A DNA stretch of 64,000 nucleotides from Nemertoderma westbladi (taxonomy: Eukaryota; Animalia; Xenacoelomorpha): NCBI GenBank assembly GCA_032718475.1, contig JAUCBJ010004537.1, forward strand, positions 62,001-126,000, given 5' to 3'. The notes under the pieces were generated by a model. The model was not told the DNA's origin, made no database searches, and saw only the letters and a list, made by a program, of their open reading frames with translations. A program made the translations under genes and the position numbers. Below, piece by piece: positions 37,474-49,811 of this stretch; within the stretch, counting starts at the first letter, position 1, and every line of letters starts with the position of its first letter.

Positions 37474-38770
37474 GCTCTAGCTCTAGCTTGAGAGACTGCT
37501 ACGTGGAAATCAGAATGGGTTCCGTAAAGGTCGTGGAACCATGGAGCCCATTTTGGCACTTAGAAGGATAATTGAAGAGTTATCAAAAAAGAAAGACAGG
37601 CATCTGGCTGTTATCTTTGTTGACTTCTTCAAGGCCTTTGATTCAGTCTCTCGCTCACGTATGTTCAGCATACTTTCATTATATGGGATTCCTGATGAAA
37701 TTATTGCAGCAATCAGATCAGTATACGATGGTTCGACAACATTTGTGTCTACTGTTGACGGTGACACAGAACCATTTGAAGTGTTATGGGGCGTCCTCCA
37801 AGGAGACACACTTGCACCATTCTTGTTCATTATTGTGGTTGACTATGTTCTACGCATGTCCTTAGATCATCATAATGATGATGGGGTGATGATAACTCCA
37901 CCTACTGGCTCCAGAAGTCGAGGAAATCCTGCCAAGTACCTAACTGATCTAGACTTTGCTGATGACTTAGGAGTACTCTCAGAATCATTAGAGGGAGCCC
38001 AGCGGCTCCTCAGCTCATTAGAACATGCTGCTTCTAGTGTTGGTCTTTTTATTAACTCCAGAAAGACCAAAATTCTGACAGTTAACTTTGAAAGTCCTCA
38101 GCAAGTCTCTGATCGGATGAGCATAAGCTCAAAGGATGGTATGCTTGAGCATGTGGACGACTTCTGTTACCTGGGATCATGGATCCGGAAGTCAGGTGAG
38201 GACCTTCGAATACGTAAGGGAAAGGCATGGGCAGCCTTGAATAGGCTTTCCAGGATTTGGAAGTCACCTAGAATTAATCGGAAACTTAAGGTCCGATTAT
38301 TTAGAGCAGCAGTAGTTCCAGTACTCCTCTACGGGAGTCCATGCTGGGCTCTAACTGCTGAGGACACCAAATCTCTGGATGGCACATTCACAAGAATGCT
38401 ACGCCGGGTACATTGTGTCAAGTACAATGCACACATCTCCAACCAGACACTATATAACATTGGAGGTGTCTCATTGGTTCCCCCAAGCTTGACACTAGAA
38501 CAAAATCGCCTCCGCTTTGCAGGACATTGCTTTCGCCGTGAGGACCAGCCAGTGCATAATCTTGTACTTTGGCAGCCTCATGGAGTGAATAAGCATGGTG
38601 GACAGCCCATGACTCTCTTGAGACGCATCTTAAAGGACACTGGCCTTAAAGATGCGGATGATCTAGCAAATGTCATGGGTGATAGGGAGTTGTGGCGGTG
38701 CAATTTTGTTGACAAGCCGGCACAGCATTCTTAAAAATGCAGCTGCAATGCAGCATGCCGATCCTAGTAG
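37474..38770 (+). mobile_element. 5'-truncated RTE-clade LINE with intact RT frame (ORF to 38734)
   Basis: QNGFRKGR, FVDFFKAFDSV, GVLQGDTLAPFLF, DFADD, FCYLGS, RLRFAGH. (TAG)n tail. 12-bp TSD TAGCTGGAAAGA at 37462-37473 and 38771-38782. Confidence 0.92.
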
Positions 38771-41339
38771 TAGCTGGAAAGACAGGTAGCAAGCTGGCCG
38801 GAGTGTTGAGTGTGTCTCAGTAAATCCAATGGTTGGGGTGGGTTGTCTGTTGCGAACTGGTCATGACATTAATTCGGCTTTCTCCAAGTAGCGTAAAATT
38901 TCAAACGGCAAAAAACGAATTTGGTTGGATAATACTGTACGATAGGCCCTATATTTTAGTGTCATATTCGTGATCAGAATCCCAGAAAACTCCTATTATC
39001 ATAAAATCAGGTTGATTTGGATTTTTCATTATAATTTGTGCTACGTGTATTATTTGTGCCACATACTAACACGTATCAAAAAAAGCCGTAATCAATAAGG
39101 TACAATATTATTCAGTGTCATATTCGTGATAAGCATCCAAAACACCGATATATATCGCAAATAAATTAATTTTAGTGAGCCCTAAAAACTTTGGAAAATT
39201 TTAGCACGCGAATAATACTGGAGATGTGTGTCAGAAAGGGACCACATCACGAATACTAACATATAGCCATGTAAACGGCGTTTTCGCTGTTGGATAGCCT
39301 AATACATTTTAGGAAATGTCACGAAATATCGGTTTTACAAACAAATCTGAGTCAATAATACATATAAACTACAAAAAATTTATAAATTGACCCCCCACCC
39401 CGTGTCAAATAGGGTTAAGCAACGAAAAAGTACCTATTTCAGAAAATAATTTCGTATTACATGGGGAAAAAAATTATATATTTTTTTTCAATTTGTCTTA
39501 TTTAGTTCATTTTATCAAGTTGAAAAATGCATAATATAAATACTGGACGGGGGGGGGGGGGGGTGGAAGAGTTCACCCGGGCCGCCACGTCATTAAACGG
39601 GCCCTGCTAGTAGCCACCCATTTTAGTGATGTACGGGTACAAGACCTGTACTGACTTCTATACAAATGGCAATTCTAGCCATATTTTTGCACACCAAAAT
39701 ATCACAGGACTATTTAATTGAAATTATTTATATTTTAAATTATATTATAATAAAACAATTTTTGGGTTTGGTTAATGTGTGTCCAGTGCCAAAGCTGGTG
39801 ACGATAGCTAAATCGCCCCCGAAAATCCATCTACTGTGTCTGTCTGTTTTCCATTTTTTCGCCCCCCGTTTTTTTCGCCCGGGGGCAAAATGGTCTAGAA
39901 CAAATATTTTTTGTTCTAGAACATTTTTTAGAAAACAATCTGGATTCTATTTAAAACGCATTGTGAAAAAAAAATATTGTGAACATTTTTTTGGTATTTT
40001 TATTGATTTTAAACACGTTTTAGAACGATTCCATATGCGTTTTAAATATGATCCATATTTTTTTCTAAAAAATGTTCTAGAACAGAAAATATTTGTTCTA
40101 GAACATAAATTTTTTAAAAAATGAATAGCTGACACATCTTCTGGAACATTTTCTATACAAATAGTAACAAGAACTAGCTACTACAATATATTTATAGAGG
40201 GAAGTACTGTAGGATGTCGGAATCAGTGTTGAAATTACTAGCTAAACCTACCTAAAACACTAGCTACCATAAAATTTTGTATCTTACTTAACAAGGAGGC
40301 TTCAATTACGTCCATTGACCAAATTGCAGCAAATGAAAATTTATGGAGAACTCCCCATATCAAAATATCAAATTGTTGTAAAAAAATCTTGCCCCCAGTC
40401 ACCGCCCCCAGTTACATCGATGGCATGGCCTTGTATATACAGTAGTACGCCTTGAACAGAAGGCAATAATTCGGTGATGATGATGTTGAGTTGATGTGAG
40501 TATCCATATAAACTCTATCGTTGGTAATACAATTTTTCGTGTGGTCAACAAAAGGGGTTTCAACTCATATTACTTACAGTACAGTATTAAAAGCTTTGCT
40601 TTGGCTTATTTTTCGCTCCCTGTAGCCTGCGCGCGCCCGGGTTGACTCGGCCCCACCCCCTACGCAACGCCACTGCCACTGGGGAATAGTATTCCAAATC
40701 GTATCTATGATGTGTTTCCATCAGTTGTTTCGGCTTTTTAGCATATTAAACTGTAGGCCTACTGTACATATGTACCGGTCCCATGGACTCTGTGTCGAAT
40801 CTAATTTAGCCTACAGTAACTGAAGCCTAAGCGTTTTGCATGAAATTTTCCTCGCAAAGGAAGCACGCAGGGTTACCAGAAAGCTGGCAACCGGTATAGT
40901 ACTGTAGTACTGTAGTTCAAGCGCTGCTTTATACAGCAGCGTGTTAATAGGTATGATTTTGGAAATAGTGTTGCCTGGCGATGATATTGGTGTAGGTAGG
41001 ACGTGGTGGAGGTTTACAGACTGTATAGTGTATATTTATGCTGATATATATATCTAGGTAGCAAAAATGCTTGCAACTAATTAGAATTGACAATGGGGTT
41101 GCATGATGTAATATAATGATTTTGTTCAGAAATGGAAAAAAATGAGGAAGCATGTTCAACGGCCCCGGTACCATCATTTATTTATTTAATAGAGAACGAG
41201 TTCAAATTAAATATTGGAACAAATTACTGTATGATACACTAATTACAGTACTTCTTACTAAATATGCAATGAAATAAAGTAATTGAGCTACTGTATAATA
41301 TAATACAGATAATGTATCGATGGAGTAAGGATACTAAGC

Positions 41340-41570
41340 ATGTATGAGGGACTTACAGTACCGTGGCCCTTTCTTAATTGTATATTGAAAGCTTACTATA
41401 AGGAATATTGCACCTGGTACCTGGCATACTGTAACAGCGTCTGGTATAGTAAAGCTGCATGTAGTGTTGTACTGTACGTTCTCTACAAGATCGATACTGT
41501 TTTTTTTATATGGAAACCATACTGACAGACTGAGGTACAATAGTAGTTTTTCAATGGAATACACCGAAAC
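41340..41570 (-). mobile_element. Highly decayed CR1/L2-like LINE fragment
   Basis: SVWFPYKKNSIDLVENVQ resembles the CR1 VWSP..K.DI..LE.VQ motif. Confidence 0.45.
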
Positions 41571-42745
41571 GGAATGTTAATTTTTCAAGCTTTATGGCTA
41601 CCTGAACTCGCTGCAGTATAACGATCGAATGCGAGATCGGACACTATGGTTAACCCTAAATCCTTACAAATTAGACTAGCACGAAGGATGCTATCATTAC
41701 AGTAGTACACAAACACAGAGCGCCAGGCCTCTAACTGTCTAACAACTGGCAGACTGGAATTTACCAGTTCGATCCCACCTGCTCGTCATTGACGACTTTG
41801 CAGACGTCTTGTCGTCAATTCTCCCTATGGCGTTTTCAGTAACTAATTTATTCGCCCTCTGCAGGCCGCTCATAAAAAACGGGTAATACGATTTACGTTG
41901 TTTGAAAGGTTTGAACAAGGGACACATTTGCCAATGCCTTCCTTAAGTACTGAGGGAAAGGTCTCGTAAAAATCGTCTACCGTTTAACAGCTTCCATACC
42001 TGGTACGTAATAATATTATTATTATTAACAAATGCAGTGGTCAGTCAGGGAGATCATCAAATTTGAGAATACCTCAAATTTCAAATTATAGACCCAATTT
42101 TGGAATTACCTCAAATTTAATACAAGGTTAGGTTAATTCTCTAAATTGGAGTTTTACCCCAAATTTGAATTTCATAGCAGCATAGTCAGATACAGACAGA
42201 AGTCATAGTTGGCCTTGCTGCCTTGTTCAGTAGTTGTTAGCTTGCTACTGTATTGCAAAGGTAAAAAAATAAACTGATGTAGGCCTAGTGTCTGAGTGTT
42301 GTGAAATATAATATTTAAAACATATACAGTATTAGTTTAAAAAGGCTTATATTTAAAAATGCTACTGGTAGGGCGATAGGGGTGCAGTGGGGTGGTATGA
42401 TCAGATGGTAGACATATAAAACGAAGTACAGAGCTTAAAGAACTTATATTTTTATATTGTTACTTTTTGCTTGAATATGCCATAAAATCGGGAGAAATAG
42501 TAGTAGGCCTACTTTTTTTTCCTACTGGTAGGGAAAATATCTGAATATATAATAATATGAAAATATCTGGATAATCCCATAATATCTGAATATTGTAACT
42601 TTTTGTTGGGCACAGCTTTTGCAAAGTCGGCAACACAGCAACCTGCAATAATATTGAATAATATTGCCACATAATAATGTACCATAGAGCCATAATTTTG
42701 CATTGATTTTACTTTTTCTCCCGGTAAAAAAAGTAAAATAAAGCA

Positions 42746-43006
42746 TTGGCACTTGTGTCAAATAGGGGACCCTCCTAGCTCCTAATCTGCTAATCCTGAA
42801 ATCACCTAAACTAAAGTCACTTTCACTAGTGCCCGGTTACAGGGTTAGCAAAGGAGCAGGTTACAGAAGTGAGTTGAAAGTAACCAAAAAACAATAAACA
42901 AGAGTTAGGAATATTGATATCACCTGCACTAAATTTCAGGATTAGCTGGTGATTTCAGGATTAGCAGATTAGGAGGGTCACCTATTTGATTTGACACAAG
43001 TGCCAA
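42746..43006. mobile_element. Short MITE with ~60-bp TIRs
   Basis: ttggcacttgtgtcaaat...ctaatctgctaatcctgaaatcacc and ggtgatttcaggattagcagattag...ttgacacaagtgccaa. Confidence 0.7.
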
Positions 43007-43229
43007 AATATTTTTGGTGGAATTTCTAAAATTTCATTGAATGTGTTGATCAAAATTTTTGATCGAAAGTTGAGCAAAATCCATCCCTACACACTATTGC
43101 AATGCAAATTTAATGCCTGCAAGGTGTAATCCAGAGATGAGATAAAGCCTCGAGAATAGGTTAGTGAAAAAGGTTATACTTTTTGCCCAAGTTATAAATG
43201 ATTCTGGTTCCTCATAAGGTCAATTTAAA

Positions 43230-43990
43230 AGGATGTATGTATGTATAGTATAAACAAACAGTCATTTAGATTTCTAAAACATTTCAGATGTCTTGATAAG
43301 AAAGCAGAGTCTAAAGACTGTTTAAAAGAATAGCGATTAGTGATGATGATGTTTCTACTGTGTTCCAGGTCCAGCATGTTCCATATGTTAATAGCCCTGA
43401 TAACTGGATAAAGAAGAGGTGATGTATGGAACATGCAGACATGGGAGCATGGGCAGATGGGCGGGGCATGGCCTTTAGAGTCTCCAGTCGTATAGAATAA
43501 CTAACAAAAGAATCAAGTCCACATATATTGTATAAACCACGTCAACCTTTCAGCCTTGGCGGCAACATTTCTCTAGAAATGGGCTCCAAACTGTGGAAGA
43601 ATGATGGTACAGTATTCCAATTGACAGATAGACCTAGGGCAGGCGAATATTACATAAGTCTTCAGGCTGTCAGGAGAGGAATGGCTTCATTTGATGTACA
43701 AAGTTTTAAAGAGGACATCAACAACCAGAAAACATATTTTTTTCCGAAGATGTGTGATATGAATGATGAACAGAACAGATGAATGCCAGAATATGTAAAC
43801 TTCCAAATTCTGGAATTGATTCAACATCCTGACATCTACAAGATATAGTAGGCCTTCCTGAGTCTGTGACTGTGCAGCTGTGTGAGCTTGAATCTCGCAA
43901 CAGTGAGGCTTTGGTCTACTGTTCTTCTTACCAACAGTAAGGCTGTAAGGATAGCGAATTTCTCTAGTCTTCTATGCATTTTTCTCACCA
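43230..43990 (-). mobile_element. Decayed CR1-like LINE 3' region
   Basis: Minus strand shows LEYCTII..WSP-like and IRAINIWNML...SFKQSLD remnants. The stretch is CpG-poor. Confidence 0.5.
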
Positions 43991-45992
43991 ATCACTAAAG
44001 GAGTTAACAATCATTAAAGTTATTAAACATCTCATGTCACATTGGTCACTGGTTACACTGGTCACCCATTATCACCAAGCTCTATAAGCACTAAGCAGCA
44101 AAGCCTACTGCTGGCAGGCTGGTGATGTTGTAAAGACTGGCGAAATTTGAGGTTTTATCTCAAATTTGAGGTTTAACCTCAAATTTCAATTTTCGCCCCC
44201 AATAAAAGCATGTTTGCATCGGTGAAATATTTTATTGCATCGATGAAAGTTCTTATTTTACATTATATTTTAACATATTAAAAGTATAAGTTGCTCCAAC
44301 AGTTTCCCTAAGTCGCAGCAACACTCGATATTATGAGCCTAAAAATACCTCAAATTTGAACAAAAAACCCAAATTTTTGACAGCCTATTACCAGAATTCG
44401 AAATTTGGGGTAACCCCAAAATTGATGATCTCCCTGACTGGTGGTAGTGGAAGCTGCATGTGTATAGTCGCCATTTTGAAAGATGTACTGTATACGAGGT
44501 TGAATTATAACTTTTTATTGGGAACAGCTTTTGCAAAGTCGGCGATGACGTCCAGGTGGGTAATGCGGCAGAATTCTGATATAATGTAACTAGAGACTGG
44601 CCTAGCGGCCAGTGAAGCAAGTCATAGGAGACAGTGCGATTCAAGTAAAAGCTTTTTGTTCTGTCTGATAATCAATTAGTGTGAGGGTAGTCCCGGTGGT
44701 GTACGATAAATTTTCTAGACAACTTCAAAATATAATTATTATGTTGTAATCATCTAATGAATTATAAAAGCTGTTGTGTTGTTTGTGATTATAGAAGATA
44801 TAAAGAGCAGTTAGCGAAATGATAGAGCTATCGGATAGAGTAGTCAGAGAGGGGTCGAGGTGTCAATTGATTAATATAATAATAACAGCAATTGTCATGA
44901 ATTCAATACAATCGCGTACAAGAAGTGATAAGACAAATTTGTTCTTATTTTTGTAATAAATATAACAAGTTGAGATGTTTCAATGTAAACCGCGATTAAC
45001 AATTTACACTGTTCAATGTAAACCAAGATATTAATTAAATACAACAATTGTATTATTATTATTACATACTTTTATATTTCAAACTATAATGTTAGCCTTA
45101 TGGAGAATCATTATGAGGCTGAGTAAACATTCAGCCTTATAAGCATACAGCCTCCACAGTATTAATGTTGGCCCAAAGATTTCAAAATAAAACAACAATT
45201 CGATGAGAGCACAGTGCAATCAATAGTAGCCAACACACTGTGTAATAACTACTGTAACAGTCATTTAGCTTGCACGCAAATTAATTAACATTGGGAAGAG
45301 TTATTCAGCTGAGTTTGTAATAGCCATAGCTAAACCAGTTAATGTTTGCTTACCGTCTCGTCTGGGTTATAAAGTAGAGTGATAATAAAACTTGGCAAAG
45401 AAAGTACTTCTTTGTTAGTTGGCCTCCTATTGAATGTATTACCAAGCCATCTCTATACATTTTTCATGAGTGCCAGCTGGTGTGGTTTTATCATTGCGCC
45501 TATGGCAATTTTCGTTGTTTTGGGGCTATTTTTCGAAATAAAACAAGTTGAGATGTTTCAATTTAAACCGCGATTTCACAAGTACCCATGGAAATCTATT
45601 TTCATGGTCCATGCAAAATTTCATCAAAAATCGTTAGCGCCATTTTTGCACTAGGTCAGTATGTCAGTAGCCAGTTGCCAGTAGTCAGTAGCCAGTAGCT
45701 TTTTTTCTTACAGTAATAAAGTCTAACGACTTGCTAATTATATGCATCACTGTTTTTTTTAGCATAATTTATGGACATCCCGAAAATATTATATGGACCT
45801 CAGCTCAGATCCATCAGTCCATGACCTCCCGAATTAATTTACGGCACGTGCATACATTTAGCCATCCATATTCTATTATTAGGTCCGCGTAGCGAGACCT
45901 TTAGTATTTACTCCATTGTCCGTTGTTGTTGTTAGGCAGTTAGGTTTTGGTATTACTGTATTACTGTATTAAGGATTGATACGGCCCCAGTC

Positions 45993-46050
45993 AGCCAGTA
46001 GCTCAGTTGGCAGAGCGTGGGAGGTACCGAATTCAATCCCCCATTCCGGT
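45993..46050 (+). pseudogene. tRNA-derived fragment / SINE head
   Basis: gtagctcagttggcagagcg D-arm/A box and a degenerate ttcaatccc B box. No anticodon arm. Confidence 0.45.
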
Positions 46051-46419
46051 GAATGTTTTTTGTTGTAAAATGGTACTAAGCCATTCAAGGAGACGACAGT
46101 TCGTGGGTTAGTAGACGAGGACCTTTGCGCGATTTCGCGCTTTTTATATTCAAGGACTACTCAGTACGGTAGTCCTTGATTCTATCAGTCTATTACATAC
46201 TTATTTTACATTATTATTAGGTGTTAGGGGGCCTACTATTCTGATAGTCTGATTGGTTGATAGTCAGATAGTTGAAATTGAAACGTTTTTGTTTATGACC
46301 GCTACTGACTGACTGACTGACTGACTGACAATAAGTCCCAAGGTAGGCCTAGTTTGTTTTACTTTCCTATATTATGCTGTAAATGTACCGGTACGGATAT
46401 GCACTGACTGACTGACGGT

Positions 46420-47682
46420 CCAGGTTGGAATTTATGCTGCAAAACTCGGACGCGTACCTGCGCGAATGACCGCAAACCAGATGCGCGTTGCGCGTTTGGG
46501 TGAGACAGGTGCGCGTTCGGGTGAGACAGATGCGCGTTGCGCCTCAGCGCGCAGCTCTGCCTCTGATGCGCACCACAAATTAATTGAAATCACGAAAATA
46601 CACAAAAAAATTTCGCTCGCTTCGCTCGCATTAGTTTCTCATTTCCGATTCTTCAAACAGTCAAATCACTTCACCATAATACTGTAATACCGGCAACCGG
46701 AGCTGAATTTGTCTATTTATTTTAACTACAGTACTCTATTGTTGTATTGTTATTAGGTCTATGCTATGCCGATGTTACGTTAGTAAACAGGTAAAGTCAG
46801 AAAGTAATAATAATAATAATAATAATAATTTATTTATAAACGCGCCTTTTAAGGGCAATAAATCAAGGCGCAGATTATCTGATATACCGGTACGGGTTGT
46901 TTTGGGTTATGGTTTGGGATGCCGGACTTAATGTCATTGTATACTTTTGGAGTACGGCTCCGGTTGTGGTTGATGCTGACGGCAAGAATGAATCAATGCA
47001 TGCATATGGTTATGCTATGGTTTGGGATTGGGATATGTTTTTGGGTTGCAGTAGTTAACCTAGACCACTCTCCTCTCATAATATTGAGTGTAGGTCGGGT
47101 ACTATACGTCAGCAGCTCCATCTCATACCATACATACACCAATATAATATGCATGGGTAATGTAAGTAACAATGTATTATAAGTATGACTTAATTATAAG
47201 CCAACTGCCAACTGTATGTTTAAGCCTAATTGTTAGGTAGGCCTATACAAAGTATTACTGGCAGACTGGTACCTATTGCCTATTTCAATATTCGTTTTTT
47301 TGAAATTACATGTTTTGTTTGTAATCTAAAATAATATTTTCTGTTATAAAAGCAGTGAGCCCGATGGGCCACCATAGTAGTGGATTAAAAAAATATTTTT
47401 TAATATTAACAATTTTGATGTTGCAAAAATTACATTTATTATGTAAGCCTAGATTCAACGTACAGACAGACAGACGTAAAGATAAGCTTAAAATGCTCAA
47501 ACTTGTAAAATAGGAATGTAAAATTGTTCTTATGAACTGTGCGATTTTTTGAGATATGCATGACATGAGCTGCGCGATTTTGTTTGGATTATGATGAGGT
47601 GCGCGACGAGCCAATTTCAGGTGCGCGGTGATTTCAAAACAACAAAGCGTACCTGCGCGCTCATGCATGAATTCCAACCTGG
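46420..47682. mobile_element. CAGGTTGG-TIR non-autonomous DNA transposon (copy 2)
   Basis: ccaggttggaatttatgc ... gcatgaattccaacctgg, with 8-bp TSD ctgacggt/ctgacggg. Homologous to 813-3043. Confidence 0.8.
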
Positions 47683-49811
47683 CTGACGGGACGGTCGGTA
47701 TCACTTTAGATTATGATTCGGAAGACGAATTCGTCAGAGTCGAAACTGATTGTCATATTGTGATTTAGATGTTAAGACGGACCGAAGAAGAGGAAATGTG
47801 AAGTGTAGACGGAATTGAAGGCTGTTGACTCATTAAAGTGTTTTCCAGGAAGGGCAAAGGGAAGCCGATTTTATTTATTTGTGTGGAATTAATTTCGCAC
47901 TACCGCATACCGGTACCAAACTGCCAAATCCAAAATCGCCAGGGCGACATATTTTCCGGGTTTATCAGTTTATATCACAGTTCACAGTGCAACATTATTT
48001 CTCAGTATGTCCCTATGCCATACATTTTACTACAGTAGGCCCTACTATGTTTTTACAGTACACAGTACAGTCTGACAGTATATCCAATGTCAACCAGTCA
48101 ACGCGTCCTTATTCTGCTGGAAGGGCATATGACAGTATGATTGATGAGAAACACAAACAGATAACAAGCTAAGTTTATACCGGTGTAGCACCAGGTTGGA
48201 ATTTATGTAGAGTTTGCTCAACATGTGTAATTTCTATCTATTTGTATCTTACTGTAGAAGATACAAAAAAATACACTGGGAGTGAGAATACAGTACACTA
48301 GGACTGTAGGGAAATTTAACCGGGGATGGATTTGCTCAGTGTGAAAATTTATAAATGCAGGGGTGAGTTTTCACTGGAGGGTTTAAAATACCGGTACACT
48401 AGCAGACTAGGGAAAATACACCTTGGGAGTGAGAATACACTAGGGGATTTTAACCAGGGGGGGGGGGGGGGGAGGAGGATTTTGCATGGGGAGTGAATAT
48501 TCTCTGTTACACAAGTATTTCAAGAGTTAATTTATCATTCTAGATTCTAACTGTCTAATTCATTATTCCTATCTCTGTATATACTGTAGATTCTATTTCC
48601 TACTGCAGCACTACCGCCTTACAGCTACAGGTACAGCCGTAAAATAAACCAGATTTTAGGTTATTATTTGTTATTATTTACCAGTACGCAGTACAGCAGT
48701 AGGCCTAGGTGTTATGTGTTATAGTTTCAATCTAAGGTTTAATCATAAAAATTTAGTTTTTCACTTACCAGACCAGTATAATCACAGACACAGAATCATG
48801 TTTTATAATACAGTAATTAGTAATGATAATACGCTTCTCCTATCTGGTTCTCATATAAAATCGGTCAAATGCAACTCCTCGAATCAGTCCAAAGACGTGC
48901 AGCCCCCTCATTACAAACATAACGCACATGACATATGCAGAGCGTCTCTACTATATTGGTCTCCCTACTCTGGATTCTGGAGTATCGTCGGCTACACACA
49001 GCCTTATCCAAACATAGCGCATATTAATTGACATCGATTTGCCATCCTAGTGGCACTAAAGTGGTGGCTGAACCAGAATCGACTAACCTTTATAATAATT
49101 ACCCCCTTTTTTTTATCGAAATTTGTGCTTACTCCAGTCGGTAGTCGCCAGTAGGCAGTAGGGGCACTCCCCATCCCATTCCATTGCAGCATTGTTCACA
49201 CGTACTGTACGTACAGCCCGTAACCTTACTTTCAATCGATTCAGCGGTCCAGAAAACCTATAAAATTGCGTTGAAATCAAAACTTTTGTGTATTTTCCGA
49301 ATATCGTATGTTTCAAAATTTGAAGCGCCACGCCCACTTCGGTGCACGAAAAATAGTGGAGAATCCCGAGTGGTAATAGGGTTTAACATGTAATACTATT
49401 TTAGCGTAGGCTTATTTTAATTATAATTAATTACTAACCGATTTCCTATTTTCAGATTTTAGCAAACCACCATTTTGTATTACCATGTAATAATATTTTA
49501 ACGTATTTGAATCTTATTTTTAACTAATGTGGTGCCATAAATCGTCTTAAATTATTTCCTGGGATACTAGGATGCTGCGGATACCATTTCATTGGGCTAC
49601 ATTACGGCAACCAGTCAGACCAGAGCCTATCTCCGCCCAGAGTGCAGTATGTTACTTTGAGCTTCAGTTAGTCAATGCTTGTACGGCTGTATGGGTACGG
49701 TAGTGTTACGTTAATGTTAGAACAGTGAGTTAGGTAGTTCGGTTAGGTTTGTATCGAAATTGCCCACCGGTATTGAACTAGCTATTATTTATTATAAGAT
49801 AAATTTATTGT

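Noticed and set aside
43528-43782. 84-aa plus-strand ORF as a gene
   Set aside because: Non-ATG start, and antisense to decayed CR1-like motifs.
45993-46050. Functional tRNA gene
   Set aside because: Only the D-arm/A box is recognisable; a cloverleaf cannot be completed.
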